64,000 nt of DNA, from positions 896,001 to 960,000 of the forward strand of contig OZ241869.1 of the NCBI GenBank assembly GCA_965202805.1. Reading direction: 5' to 3'. The position numbers and the translations under genes are program-made. Source of the DNA: Longimicrobiales bacterium (GTDB lineage Bacteria > Gemmatimonadota > Gemmatimonadetes > Longimicrobiales > Gaopeijiaceae). The first letter of the stretch is position 1, and each line of letters starts with the position of its first letter. Below are positions 46,222 to 56,420 of the stretch, one piece after another. A model generated the notes under the pieces. The model made no database searches, had not been told where the DNA came from, and worked only from the letters and a program-made list of their open reading frames with translations.

Positions 46222-48648
46222 TCAGAACCCCGGTCCCATCCGGAAATGAAGCTGCCATCCCGGGTTGGTCTTGTCGAAGCCGTATGCATAGTCGAGGCCC
46301 AGTGGTCCAAAAGGCGTGACCAGCTGAGCTCCGACGCCCGCTCCCCGGAACAGGCGCGTGGGCGTGAACTCGGCTGCGCTCACCCAGACGTTGCCCGCGT
46401 CGTAGAAGAACCCGAGCGACAGGTTGTCGTTGAAGCGGATCGCATACTCGACCGTGAGCGACAGGAACGCATTCCCCAGCCTCTCACCCTCGAGAATCCC
46501 CGATCCCGATCCGCGGTCGAAGAAGCCGGCCGGGGTGATGGTGGTCTCGTCGTAGCCGCGCAGCCTCTCGCCGAACTGGACGCCCCCCATCCAGTAGCGG
46601 TCGAAGGGGAAGCGTTCGGCGTTTCCGATGATCGCCCCGGCGCGGACGCTGAGCCCGAGCGTGGTCCGGATCGGGCGCGCTCCGCTTCCGATCTGGCCCA
46701 CCGGAGTGAACCAGGTTCCCTCGACGGCGTACTTCACGAAGTCGCCGTCGCCACCCAGAATGCCCCCGTTCATTTCCGCGGACACCACATGCCTCGATCC
46801 CTGGGTCGGAAACAGATTGTGGTTGAGGGTCTGGCGCTGGAGGCTGACGGAGAGCGTGCTCAGGATTCCCGGATCCCTGCCGAACAGCGAGGTGTCCTCG
46901 GATCTCGAGAACAGCTCGTACTTGGTGCGCGAGAGCGAGTATCCCAGGAACAGTCTGGTACGAAGAGAACCGGGCATGGGAAGCCCGAACCGGAGCGAGC
47001 CTCCCTGCAGGCGGCGCTGCCCGGTGGTGAACTGGAAGAACCGGTCGCGCGTGTAGAACGCGGATATCGTGCCGCTCACACGCGAGCGCCTGAGCGACGG
47101 ATCCGTGTACGACAGGGTGAAGTTGTTGATGTAGCGGCCGAAGTCCCAGCGCACGCTTCCCGACTTGGCCTGTCCGAAGAGGTTGGGCTGGTCATACCCC
47201 AGGAACCCCGACAGCCCGTAGCCCCCGCCCATCGCGGTGCCGAAGTTCACGGTCCCCGTCTGCCGCTCCGTGACCCGGTAGACGATGTCCACGTTTCCGC
47301 TTCCGTCGTCCGCCTGCTCGAGACTGGGAAGCTCCATCGGCGTCTCGAAGTACCCGAGCGCGGAAACCGCCTGGTAGCTCTGGATGAGCCGCTCTTCGGA
47401 ATAGATGTCTCCCGGCAGGGTGAAGAGCTGGTCCCGGATGACGCGCTCGTGGGTGTAGTCGTTGCCCTCCACCTCGACCCGGCGGATGTACGCGGGCGGA
47501 CCTTCCTGAATGCGCCAGCCCACCAGCAGGGTCGGGTCGCTGTCGCCGTTGGTCTCGTCGAACTCGTAGTAGGGCTCGACGCTGGCCCCCAGGTATCCGT
47601 TGTTGCGGTAGAGGGTCCCCACCGCCGTCGCGGCCGCGTCGAAGGCGCTGGCATCGAACACCGGGTCCTGGTCATCGTCGCCGCCAATCCCGAAGCTGCT
47701 GAGCAGCCCTCCCTGCTGGGGCTGATAGTACTGCTCGATCTGCTCGGTGGGGAAACGGCTGTTCCCTTCCACGACGAAGTCCCGCACCCGGTAGCGGGGA
47801 CCCTCGTCGACCGTGACCTCAAGTCGCGACTTCCCGGTCTCGGGGTCGATGATCAGGGTGTCCCGCAGAACCTCGAAATCCAGATGGCCCCGCGAGCGGT
47901 ACAACTCGGGCAGCCGGGCGAACAGATCTTCCTCCAGCGTGCTTTCCTGGTATGAACCCTGGCGGAACCACCAGAACGCCTCCGGCTTGGTGTCGACGGC
48001 CCCGCGCAGCTGGTCGGAGGCCAGGTTCTCGTTGCCCGCAAACTCGACCTCTGCGATGGTGACACGCTGGCCCTCGGTCACCTCCAGGGTCAGCCGCACA
48101 TGCCCGGGCTTGTCGGCAACGTCGTCCACACGCTCGTCGATGCGCGCGAACGGGATGCCGTCGTCGGCGAGTTCGTTGCGGATGAAGTCGCGTGCGATCG
48201 CGAGCTTCTGCGGCGAGTAGGGCTCACCGGTCCGGAGATCGGCGGTGTCCCGAACCGACCCCTGGCTGAGCCGCTCCAGCCCCACGATGGTCACGGCGTC
48301 CATGATGTCCTGCTCCTCGACATCGAGCACCAGTACTACCGGCTCGCCCTGGCCGCCCGCCGCGCTGATCGTGAAATCCCGATACTGCCCGGTGCTCCAG
48401 AGGACCTTGAGAGCGGTCTGGATGTCGCGGAAGGAGATCGTGGTGCGCGGCTGCAGCGTGAGGTCCGCGAGGACCTCCTCGTCGGTCAGGCGCACGTTGC
48501 CTTCCACGGTGATGGAATCGACGAAGGTGCCGGCGGCGGGATCCGCCTGCTGCGCGCTCAGCGAAACGGGCAGGACCCAGGCGGCCACGAGCATCGCCGC
48601 GTGTCGTGCGAGGCGCGCTCGAGCTCGTGCGCCGGTGCCTCCGTTCAC
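46222..48648 (-). CDS. bamA: Outer membrane protein assembly factor BamA
   Basis: POTRA domains, LRGY motif, TPFGPLGLDYAYG, terminal Phe. GTG start overlapping clpC stop (alternative 48594). Confidence 0.95.
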   Translation of the reverse strand: MNGGTGARARARLARHAAMLVAAWVLPVSLSAQQADPAAGTFVDSITVEGNVRLTDEEVLADLTLQPRTTISFRDIQTALKVLWSTGQYRDFTISAAGGQGEPVVLVLDVEEQDIMDAVTIVGLERLSQGSVRDTADLRTGEPYSPQKLAIARDFIRNELADDGIPFARIDERVDDVADKPGHVRLTLEVTEGQRVTIAEVEFAGNENLASDQLRGAVDTKPEAFWWFRQGSYQESTLEEDLFARLPELYRSRGHLDFEVLRDTLIIDPETGKSRLEVTVDEGPRYRVRDFVVEGNSRFPTEQIEQYYQPQQGGLLSSFGIGGDDDQDPVFDASAFDAAATAVGTLYRNNGYLGASVEPYYEFDETNGDSDPTLLVGWRIQEGPPAYIRRVEVEGNDYTHERVIRDQLFTLPGDIYSEERLIQSYQAVSALGYFETPMELPSLEQADDGSGNVDIVYRVTERQTGTVNFGTAMGGGYGLSGFLGYDQPNLFGQAKSGSVRWDFGRYINNFTLSYTDPSLRRSRVSGTISAFYTRDRFFQFTTGQRRLQGGSLRFGLPMPGSLRTRLFLGYSLSRTKYELFSRSEDTSLFGRDPGILSTLSVSLQRQTLNHNLFPTQGSRHVVSAEMNGGILGGDGDFVKYAVEGTWFTPVGQIGSGARPIRTTLGLSVRAGAIIGNAERFPFDRYWMGGVQFGERLRGYDETTITPAGFFDRGSGSGILEGERLGNAFLSLTVEYAIRFNDNLSLGFFYDAGNVWVSAAEFTPTRLFRGAGVGAQLVTPFGPLGLDYAYGFDKTNPGWQLHFRMGPGF

Positions 48649-51113
48649 GTCTTGGTCGCGGACGTGGCCCCCAGGGCAAGACCGTCCCCCGCCTCGTTGA
48701 GGTCGGCCTGGATCTCGTCCCCGGCGCCGAATTCGGCCGTGAGGATCATCTCCGAGAGGGGATCCTCCAGATAGCGCTGAATCGCCCGCCGCAGAGGACG
48801 CGCGCCGAATTTCTCGCTGTAGCCCTGCTCCGCGAGGAAGCCGACCGCTGCATCGCTCAGGGCGAGAGTCAGCTTTTCCTCCTCCAGACGCTCGTGGATC
48901 TCCTGAAGCAGGATGTGCACGATCTGTCCGATATCCTCCCGGCTCAGCGCATGGAAGACGATCGTGTCGTCGACGCGATTGAGGAACTCCGGGTTGAAGG
49001 TGCGATCGATCGCCGCCTGCACCTTGCCGCGCATGAGTTCGTATCCGGACCGGGCATCCTCCTCGTGGAACCCCAGAGTGCCGCCCTTGGAGATGTCCCG
49101 CGCCCCCAGATTGCACGTCATGACGATGACGGTGTTCTTGAAATCGATGGTCCTGCCGTAGTTGTCCGTGAGGTGCCCTTCGTCAAGCACCTGCAGCAGG
49201 ATGTTGAAGACGTCGGGGTGCGCCTTCTCGATCTCATCAAGGAGGACGACCGAATACGGGCGCCGCCGCACCGCCTTCGTCAGCGCGCCGGACTCGTGGT
49301 AGCCCACGTACCCCGGCGGCGCCCCGATGAGGCGGGAGACCGAGAACCGCTCCATGTACTCGCTCATGTCCACGCGAATCAGGGCATCCCGGTCGGCGAA
49401 CATGAACTCGGCCAGAGCACGCGCCAGTTCGGTCTTCCCCACGCCGGTCGGGCCCGAGAAGATGAACGACCCGATCGGCCGCCTCGGATCCTTGAGCCCG
49501 GCGCGGCTGCGCCGGATGGCGCGCGAAATCGCCTGGATGGCGGGGTCCTGGCCGACCACCCGCTTGTGCAGCTCATCCTCCATGTTGATGAGCCGCCTGG
49601 TTTCGGCCTGCTTCATTCGGGTCACGGGGATTCCCGTCCAGCGGCTGACGATGAAGGAAACGTCGTCGACGCTCACCTCCGGGCGATGGTGCCTGCGCGC
49701 TTCCCGCCACTCCTTGCGGCGCTCGCGAATGCGACGCTGCAGTTCGCGCTCCTCGTCCCTCAGCTCTGCCGCGCGCTCGAAATCCTGATTTCGGATCGCC
49801 AGCTCCTTCTGTCCCGCCAGCCCCGCCAGCTCCTCCTTCAACTCCTCGACCTCCGGCGACGGCACCTGGCTGGCGATGCGCGCCCGCGACCCGGCCTCGT
49901 CGATGACGTCGATCGCCTTGTCGGGGAGGAAACGGTCGGTGATGTAGCGGTCGGAGAGCTTTGCCGCCGCCTCGAGCGAGTCGTCCGGGAGGTTCACCCG
50001 GTGGTGTTCCTCGTAGTGGCCGCGCAGGCCCTTGAGGATGTCGACGGTCTCGGGGAGGGTCGGCTGGTCCACGATGACGGGCTGAAATCGGCGCTCCAGC
50101 GCCCCGTCCTTCTCGATGTACTTGCGATACTCGTTCAGCGTGGAAGCCCCGATGCACTGGAGCTCTCCGCGAGCGAGGGCCGGCTTGAACATGTTGGACG
50201 CGTCGATGGCTCCCTCGGCCGCCCCCGCTCCCACCAGGGTATGCAGTTCGTCGATGAAGAGGATGACGTTGCCGCCCTGGGAGATCTCGTTCATGACCGC
50301 CTTCAGGCGTTCCTCGAACTGGCCCCGATACTTGGTTCCCGCGATGACCGCGGCCATGTCCAGCGCCAGCAGCCGGTGGTCCCTGAGCGCTTCCGTGATC
50401 TCGCCCGCCGCGATGATCTGCGCCAGCCCTTCGACGATGGCCGTCTTCCCGACGCCCGGCTCGCCGATCAGGACCGGGTTGTTCTTCTTGCGCCGGCAGA
50501 GAATCTCCACGATCCGCTCGATCTCGACGCGACGTCCGATGGTCGGGTCGAGCTTGCCGTCGCGGGCCAGGTTGGTAAGGTCGCGGCAGAAATGATCGAG
50601 TGCGGGAGTCTTGGACTTCTTGTCCGGCTTGCCGCCCGCCGGCACCGCCGGTCCCCCACCGACATCGGAACTCATCTCGGAACCCAGCACCCGGAGACAC
50701 TCCGCGCGGGCCCGGTCGAGGCGCACGTTCATCGAGTTGAGCACCTGCGCGGCGATGCCCTTCTCCTCTCTCAGGAGTCCGAGCAGAAGATGTTCCGTGC
50801 CGACGTAGGAATGGTTGAGTTCGCGTGCCTCGGCCAGGGCGAACTCCAGCACCTTCTTGGCGCGTGACGTGTAGGGCAGCTCACCCAGGGCTATGGTCGC
50901 CTTGCCTTTGCGAACGGCTTCTTCCACCCGCTGATGAACCTGGCCGAGGTCCGCGCCCAGGTTCATCAGCACCGTGGCGGCGACCCCCTCCCGCTCACGA
51001 ATCAGACCGAGCAGCACATGCTCGGTACCGACATAGTCGTGTTGCAGCCTGATGGCCTCGTCCCTGGCCATCGCGAGCACCTTGCGAACCCGATCCGTGA
51101 AATTGTAGTTCAT
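48645..51113 (-). CDS. clpC: ATP-dependent Clp protease ATP-binding subunit ClpC
   Basis: Clp-N repeats, [11 protein letters not shown]-like middle domain, GPTGVGKT. Confidence 0.95.
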   Translation of the reverse strand: MNYNFTDRVRKVLAMARDEAIRLQHDYVGTEHVLLGLIREREGVAATVLMNLGADLGQVHQRVEEAVRKGKATIALGELPYTSRAKKVLEFALAEARELNHSYVGTEHLLLGLLREEKGIAAQVLNSMNVRLDRARAECLRVLGSEMSSDVGGGPAVPAGGKPDKKSKTPALDHFCRDLTNLARDGKLDPTIGRRVEIERIVEILCRRKKNNPVLIGEPGVGKTAIVEGLAQIIAAGEITEALRDHRLLALDMAAVIAGTKYRGQFEERLKAVMNEISQGGNVILFIDELHTLVGAGAAEGAIDASNMFKPALARGELQCIGASTLNEYRKYIEKDGALERRFQPVIVDQPTLPETVDILKGLRGHYEEHHRVNLPDDSLEAAAKLSDRYITDRFLPDKAIDVIDEAGSRARIASQVPSPEVEELKEELAGLAGQKELAIRNQDFERAAELRDEERELQRRIRERRKEWREARRHHRPEVSVDDVSFIVSRWTGIPVTRMKQAETRRLINMEDELHKRVVGQDPAIQAISRAIRRSRAGLKDPRRPIGSFIFSGPTGVGKTELARALAEFMFADRDALIRVDMSEYMERFSVSRLIGAPPGYVGYHESGALTKAVRRRPYSVVLLDEIEKAHPDVFNILLQVLDEGHLTDNYGRTIDFKNTVIVMTCNLGARDISKGGTLGFHEEDARSGYELMRGKVQAAIDRTFNPEFLNRVDDTIVFHALSREDIGQIVHILLQEIHERLEEEKLTLALSDAAVGFLAEQGYSEKFGARPLRRAIQRYLEDPLSEMILTAEFGAGDEIQADLNEAGDGLALGATSATKT

Positions 51114-51136
51114 CTGCCTTTCGTGCCCGCAGTTCG

Positions 51137-52273
51137 TCAGGAGTCGGGGCCGGAGCCCGAACTGCTCTCCGGAGGTTCCGTGTCCGGGATCACCACACCC
51201 TCGGTAGCCAGGATGCGGCGCACATAGGTGGCTCGGTGCGCGTCGCGCTCACCGGGAGGAAGCTTCCGCCCGGCTGCGTCCTCCAGGTGGGCGGACTGGG
51301 TAAAGATCATGATCTTGTTGAGCGAGTATACACGGAGCCCAGGGAGAAGTTTCAGCGCCGCGCCCAGGCGAACGCCCGACAACAGGTTCATCATTTCCTC
51401 GAAAGCAAGGGATCGGGCGTAGCGCAGTAAACCATAGGCACGCCATATCTTATCCTCTGTCACTTGATATGCGTCCCGAAGGAGCACGCGGCGTGCCCGC
51501 CTCTCGTATTCGATGACCTGGCGCACGATGCGGTCCAGATGGTCGACCAGGTCCTCCTCCGTCTTTCCGAGCGTGGTCTGGTTCGAGACCTGGAAGAAGT
51601 TGCCGACGACCTCGGAACCCTCCCCGTAAAGTCCGCGAAACGTCAGCCCGACCTGGCTCAACCCCTGCAGCACACGTCCGATTTCCTTGGTGAGCACGAG
51701 CCCCGGCAGATGGATGAGGACCGAGGCCCGGAGCCCCGTGCCGACATTCGTCGGGCAGCTGGTGAGGTACCCGAGCGCGTGATCGTAGGCGTACGGGAGT
51801 TCCCGGCCGAGATCCTCGTCCAGCCCGTCCACCATGCTCCAAGCACCGTCCAGCGCGAGACCGGAAACCAGCACCTGCAGGCGCAGATGGTCCTCCTCGT
51901 TGACCATCACGCTGACCGGGTCGCGGGCCGAGAGCACCACGGCGGCCGCACGCCCGTGCAGTTCCGAGTCCGATATTTCGCCAAGCAGGTCCTGGGAGAT
52001 GAGACGTCGCTCCAGAAGGATGCGCCGCGTTCCGCCGTCCAGCTCGGCAAGCGGGTGAACGCTCGCCTCGGCCAGCAGCTCGACCTTGTCCGCGGTCCCC
52101 CGCACGCGTGCGAGCACGGCCCGGCGGTCATTGACCCGCGATTGGGGACCGAACGCGTACCCCTGAAGGTTGCGGGCGAGCCGGACGCGGGTGGAAAGGA
52201 CGATATCCGAGTCCGGACCGCTCGCGTCGAGCCACCCCAGGCCGCGATCGAAGATCGTCGACAGGTGATCCAT
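51137..52273 (-). CDS. mcsB: Protein arginine kinase McsB
   Basis: STRVRLARN, NEEDHLR, TSCPTNVGTGLRAS, RGLYGEGS. Confidence 0.95.
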   Translation of the reverse strand: MDHLSTIFDRGLGWLDASGPDSDIVLSTRVRLARNLQGYAFGPQSRVNDRRAVLARVRGTADKVELLAEASVHPLAELDGGTRRILLERRLISQDLLGEISDSELHGRAAAVVLSARDPVSVMVNEEDHLRLQVLVSGLALDGAWSMVDGLDEDLGRELPYAYDHALGYLTSCPTNVGTGLRASVLIHLPGLVLTKEIGRVLQGLSQVGLTFRGLYGEGSEVVGNFFQVSNQTTLGKTEEDLVDHLDRIVRQVIEYERRARRVLLRDAYQVTEDKIWRAYGLLRYARSLAFEEMMNLLSGVRLGAALKLLPGLRVYSLNKIMIFTQSAHLEDAAGRKLPPGERDAHRATYVRRILATEGVVIPDTEPPESSSGSGPDS

Positions 52274-52281
52274 CGGTCGCC

Positions 52282-52800
52282 CTACCGGGTCACGGGCTCG
52301 AGGGAACGGATCTGATCCCTCAGCTTCGCCGCCCGCTCGAAGTCCTCCGTACTGATGGCGTGCCGCAGCTTGCGGCGCAGGCCCTCCAGGCGCTGCTCGC
52401 GCTCGGAGACGGTGGGATCCGGGGGCAGATACACCTTGCCCACGTGCTGCACGCCGCCGTGAATGCGCCTCAGCAGGTTCTTCAGGTAGAAGTCGAACGT
52501 GGTGTAGCAATGAGGGCACCCCAGGCGACCGTTTTCCCGGAATCCCGCAAACGTAAGGCCGCAGAAGGTACAGGTCCTGTCCTCCTCTTCGGCCGTCGCG
52601 CCCTCCTCCGGACCGGTCATCTGCGACAGAAAGTCGGTGAGCGGGGAGTGTGCCGGCGGCGACGGCTGATCGACCCCGCGGGCCGCGGCGCACTTCTCGC
52701 ACAGGTGCAGCACGCTGGCCACGTCGTCCACGATCCGGGTCAGATGGACGACGGCTTCCGCCGCGCCGCACTCGCTGCATACCCGGGGATCGTCGCTCAC
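52282..52800 (-). CDS. mcsA: McsA, activator of McsB (CxxC motifs plus UVR domain)
   Basis: CSEC, CEKC, CTFC, CPHC; HVGK; EDFERAAKLRDQI. Confidence 0.93.
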   Translation of the reverse strand: MSDDPRVCSECGAAEAVVHLTRIVDDVASVLHLCEKCAAARGVDQPSPPAHSPLTDFLSQMTGPEEGATAEEEDRTCTFCGLTFAGFRENGRLGCPHCYTTFDFYLKNLLRRIHGGVQHVGKVYLPPDPTVSEREQRLEGLRRKLRHAISTEDFERAAKLRDQIRSLEPVTR

Positions 52801-53567
52801 GGGGTTCCGTCTCTCCCTGCCAGTATCCCTCCGTCCAGCTGCAGGACCCGGTCCGCTCGCGCGGCCAGCGCCCGATTGTGGGTTACCAGCACCATGGCGA
52901 GGTCGTGGTCGTCCTTCAGCTGGAAGAGAAGGTCCTGCAGCTGTTCGCTGGTCCGATGATCGAGGTTTCCACTTGGTTCGTCCGCCAGAAGAACCGCCGG
53001 GTCGTTGGCGAGCGCCCGGGCGACCGCAACCCGCTGCTGCTCTCCCCCCGAGAGCTGCCAGGGCCTGTGCTCGAGGCGTTCGCCGAGCCCTGTCGACTCG
53101 AGCAGGCGGCGTGCGCCATCCTCGGCCTCCGGTCGCGACTGGCCGGCTATGAGTCGGGGCATCATTACGTTCTCGAGTGCAGTGAAGTCGCGCAGCAGAT
53201 GGTGGAACTGAAACACGAAACCGATGTGATGGTTTCGGATTCCGCAGATCGATTGCTCGTCCAGCCCGGACAACGGCGTCCCGTCGACGAGGACTTCTCC
53301 CGATGTCGGCCGGTCGAGCGCCCCCAGCAGGTGGAGCAGCGTGCTCTTGCCCGCGCCGCTCGCACCCGTGACCGAGACCGCCTCGCCCACGTGAACTCGC
53401 ACGTCTACCCCTCGCAGAACCCGGAGTTCACTTCCATTGCCACCCACGAAGGTGCGTACCAGCGAACGGGCCTCCAGGGGTGGCCGGACCGGGTCGTGGG
53501 GTCCCTGGTGATCGAGGTTCACGCCGTTGCCGGGGCCAACCCCGGTGGATCGACTCCCTTCATTCAT
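52797..53567 (-). CDS. lolD: Lipoprotein-releasing ABC ATPase LolD
   Basis: GASGAGKST, FVFQFHHLL, LSGGEQQRVA, ADEPSGNLD. Confidence 0.92.
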   Translation of the reverse strand: MNEGSRSTGVGPGNGVNLDHQGPHDPVRPPLEARSLVRTFVGGNGSELRVLRGVDVRVHVGEAVSVTGASGAGKSTLLHLLGALDRPTSGEVLVDGTPLSGLDEQSICGIRNHHIGFVFQFHHLLRDFTALENVMMPRLIAGQSRPEAEDGARRLLESTGLGERLEHRPWQLSGGEQQRVAVARALANDPAVLLADEPSGNLDHRTSEQLQDLLFQLKDDHDLAMVLVTHNRALAARADRVLQLDGGILAGRDGTP

Positions 53568-54807
53568 GGCGAATCGCCTCGACGGGCCGGAGGCCGGCCG
53601 CGCGGGATGCCGGATAGAGGGTGGCCAGGAAGGTGATGCCCATGCTCACCACGATGATCGTCGCGACATCCAGCAGGTCCACGGCCACGGGGAGATGATC
53701 CAGATAGTAGAGATCGGCCGGAATCGAGATGAACTGGTAGCGGTCGAGCGCCCAGGCCATCACCAGGCCCAGCGTCACGCCCAGCGAAGTTCCGATCATG
53801 CCGATCCAGAGCCCCTGCAGGCGGAAGACGCGCAGAATCGCGCGGTCGGTCATGCCCATCGACTTGAGGATCCCGATCTCCCGGGTCCGATCCACCACGA
53901 CCATGACCAGCGTGCTCACGATGTTGAAGGCAGCCACGACGATGATCAGGCCGAGGATGACCCCCATCGCCAGCTCCTCCAGCTTGAGGGCGGAGAAGAA
54001 CGACCTGTTGGTCGTCATCCAGCTCTCGATGAAGTGGCCGGGCCCGACCGCGGCGCGGATCTCCCGGCCCACCGCGTCCGCTTCCCACAGATCCTCCACC
54101 CGGACGGCGATTCCGCCGACCTGGTTCGCCCCCGCGATGCCGAGCAGGTCCTGGGCCGCCGCGAGCGTCGTGTAGATGTTGCGCAGGTCGTACTCGTACA
54201 TGCCGGTCGTGAACGAACCCGCCATTTCGAACTGACGAACCGTGGGGTACAGACCGCCGATGGGACCCTCGTTGACGTTCTCGAGCGACACCAGCACCAG
54301 CGTGTCGCCCTCGAAAAGCTGCATGCGCTGCGCCAGCAGGTTCCCCACCAGCACGGGAGGAAGGCCCGACCCGGTCTTGCCGAGGGAATGGACGCCCTCC
54401 TGCAGGTCGCGCTCGAAGTCGGTTACGGGAACGCCTTCCGGTTCCGGCAGGACCCCGTAGAGGTCGGCCGTCTGTGCGTACCCGGCGCGCTGGATGCCGA
54501 CGCTGGTGACGACAAAGGGCGCGGCTCCTTCGACCGCATCGACGGTGCGCACGCGCGAGAGGACCTCCTCCCACCGGTCCATGCGCAGCGAGGGGCCGGT
54601 CTGGAGCACCAGCACATGGGGGTTGGACCCGAGTATCTTCGCCCGCAACTCCTCCTGCATCCCGTTCATTACCGAGATCACGACCACCAGGGCCATGACC
54701 CCGAGGGTCACGCCGCCGAGCGCGATCCAGGTGATGAGGGACAGGAAACGTCCCCGCTTGCGCGCCGCCAGATACCGCCGCGCGATGTACCAGTCCAGGC
54801 GCCTCAA
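53560..54807 (-). CDS. lolE: Lipoprotein-releasing ABC permease LolC/E
   Basis: IARRYL, SVMNG, VAAFNI, REIGILKSMG, YPASRAA; TTG start. Confidence 0.92.
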   Translation of the reverse strand: MRRLDWYIARRYLAARKRGRFLSLITWIALGGVTLGVMALVVVISVMNGMQEELRAKILGSNPHVLVLQTGPSLRMDRWEEVLSRVRTVDAVEGAAPFVVTSVGIQRAGYAQTADLYGVLPEPEGVPVTDFERDLQEGVHSLGKTGSGLPPVLVGNLLAQRMQLFEGDTLVLVSLENVNEGPIGGLYPTVRQFEMAGSFTTGMYEYDLRNIYTTLAAAQDLLGIAGANQVGGIAVRVEDLWEADAVGREIRAAVGPGHFIESWMTTNRSFFSALKLEELAMGVILGLIIVVAAFNIVSTLVMVVVDRTREIGILKSMGMTDRAILRVFRLQGLWIGMIGTSLGVTLGLVMAWALDRYQFISIPADLYYLDHLPVAVDLLDVATIIVVSMGITFLATLYPASRAAGLRPVEAIRHE

Positions 54808-54823
54808 CCCTCTTCTCCTCCGC

Positions 54824-56395
54824 TCATTCGGGCCTCAGGATGGGAAAGAGAATCACGTCGCGAATGGCCGGCTGGTCGGTAAGCAGCATCGTGAGGCGGT
54901 CGATGCCCACGCCGACGCCGCCCGTGGGAGGCATCCCGTATTCGAGGGCGCGGATGTAGTCCTCGTCGACCCGGTGGGCCTCTTCGTCGCCTCCCGCGGC
55001 CAGGCGGGCCTGGTCCTCGAAGCGCGCCCGCTGGTCGAGGGGATCGTTGAGTTCCGAGAAGGCGTTGGCGATCTCGGTGCCCAGCACGAACAGCTCGAAG
55101 CGCTCCGTGAGACGCGCGTCGCCGCGTTTGGCCTTGGCCAGCGGGGAGAGTTCACGCGGATGATCGAGGACGAAGGTCGGGGACCGCAGGTCCTTCTGCA
55201 CCAGCACGTCGAAGAGCCTGTCGATCAGCTTGCCCCTCCCTGCCCTCTCGATGTCCGGAATGCGGAGCGCCTTCGCCCGGGCCCGCAGCTCGCCGTCCTC
55301 CAGTTCCAGGGGGTCGTCGCCCAGGGCGTCGCCGAGCGCTTCCACGAGCCGGAGGCGTTTGAACGGCGGAGCCAGTGAGATTCGTTCGCCCTGGTAGCTG
55401 ACGGTGCGCTCCCCCACGACCGAAACCGCGATCTCCGAGACGAGCTCCTCCACCAGATCCATCATGTCGTGATAGTCGGCGAACGCCTGGTAGAACTCGA
55501 GCATGGTGAACTCGGGGTTGTGAAACCGGCTCAAACCCTCGTTGCGGAAGTCCTTGGCAACCTCGTATACACGCTCGAAGCCCCCTACGATCAGTCGCTT
55601 CAGGTAGAGCTCGTCGGCGATGCGCAGGTAGAGCCGGCTGTCGAGCGAGTGGTGGTGGGTCACGAAGGGACGCGCCGTGGCCCCGCCGTAGAGGGGCTGC
55701 AGCACCGGCGTCTCCACCTCCAGGAAGTCGTGGGCGTCCAGGATTCTGCGCGCCGTGGCCACGACCTGCGACCGGGCGCGGAAGACCTCCCGCACCTCGG
55801 GGTTGACCGCCAGGTCGGCGTAGCGTTGGCGGTACCGGCCCTCGGTGTCGGCGAAGCCGCTGTACGTCACCCGCTGCCCGGTCGCCGCGTCCACCTCGGT
55901 CTTGCCCAGCGGCAGCGGCCTGAGCGCCTTGGTCAGCAGCGTCCAGTCGGAAACCTGCACCGTGACCTCGCCCATGCGTGTACGGAAGAGCCGGCCGCGC
56001 GCGCCCATCCAGTCGCCCAGGTCGACGAGATCCAGGTCATCGAACGCCTGCTCCCCCACCTGGTGTTTCCGGAAGTACACCTGAATGCGCCCCGATCCGT
56101 CTTCCAGATCGGCAAACGCGCTCTTGCCGTGACTCCGAAAGGCGACCATGCGGCCGCCGACGCGCACCTCGTCGCCCTGGCCCCGCTCCGAGAGCGTTCC
56201 CGCCGCTTCCGCAGCCTCGAAGGCGGCGGCGGCCTCGCGGGCCCTGTGGGTGCGCCGGTAGCGATAGGCGAATGCCTCGATCCCGCGGTCCCGCAGGCAC
56301 CGCAGCTTGTCCAGGCGGGAGCGCATGCTCCGCTCGAGGTCGGCGGCGGCGGAATGCTCCGCGCGGTCGGGTTCGGCTCTGGTGGATCGTGTCAT
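54824..56395 (-). CDS. lysS: Lysine--tRNA ligase (class II)
   Basis: RYRQRY, LRIADELYLKRL, FRNEG, HNPEFTMLE, EYGMPPTGG. Confidence 0.97.
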   Translation of the reverse strand: MTRSTRAEPDRAEHSAAADLERSMRSRLDKLRCLRDRGIEAFAYRYRRTHRAREAAAAFEAAEAAGTLSERGQGDEVRVGGRMVAFRSHGKSAFADLEDGSGRIQVYFRKHQVGEQAFDDLDLVDLGDWMGARGRLFRTRMGEVTVQVSDWTLLTKALRPLPLGKTEVDAATGQRVTYSGFADTEGRYRQRYADLAVNPEVREVFRARSQVVATARRILDAHDFLEVETPVLQPLYGGATARPFVTHHHSLDSRLYLRIADELYLKRLIVGGFERVYEVAKDFRNEGLSRFHNPEFTMLEFYQAFADYHDMMDLVEELVSEIAVSVVGERTVSYQGERISLAPPFKRLRLVEALGDALGDDPLELEDGELRARAKALRIPDIERAGRGKLIDRLFDVLVQKDLRSPTFVLDHPRELSPLAKAKRGDARLTERFELFVLGTEIANAFSELNDPLDQRARFEDQARLAAGGDEEAHRVDEDYIRALEYGMPPTGGVGVGIDRLTMLLTDQPAIRDVILFPILRPE

Positions 56396-56420
56396 GGCGG
56401 GTCCGGGGAGGAAGACCGGT

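Noticed and set aside
48606..50867. Long + strand ORFs antisense to clpC, bamA, bshC, der and others
   Set aside because: Typical shadow ORFs of GC3-biased genes with no recognisable motifs.
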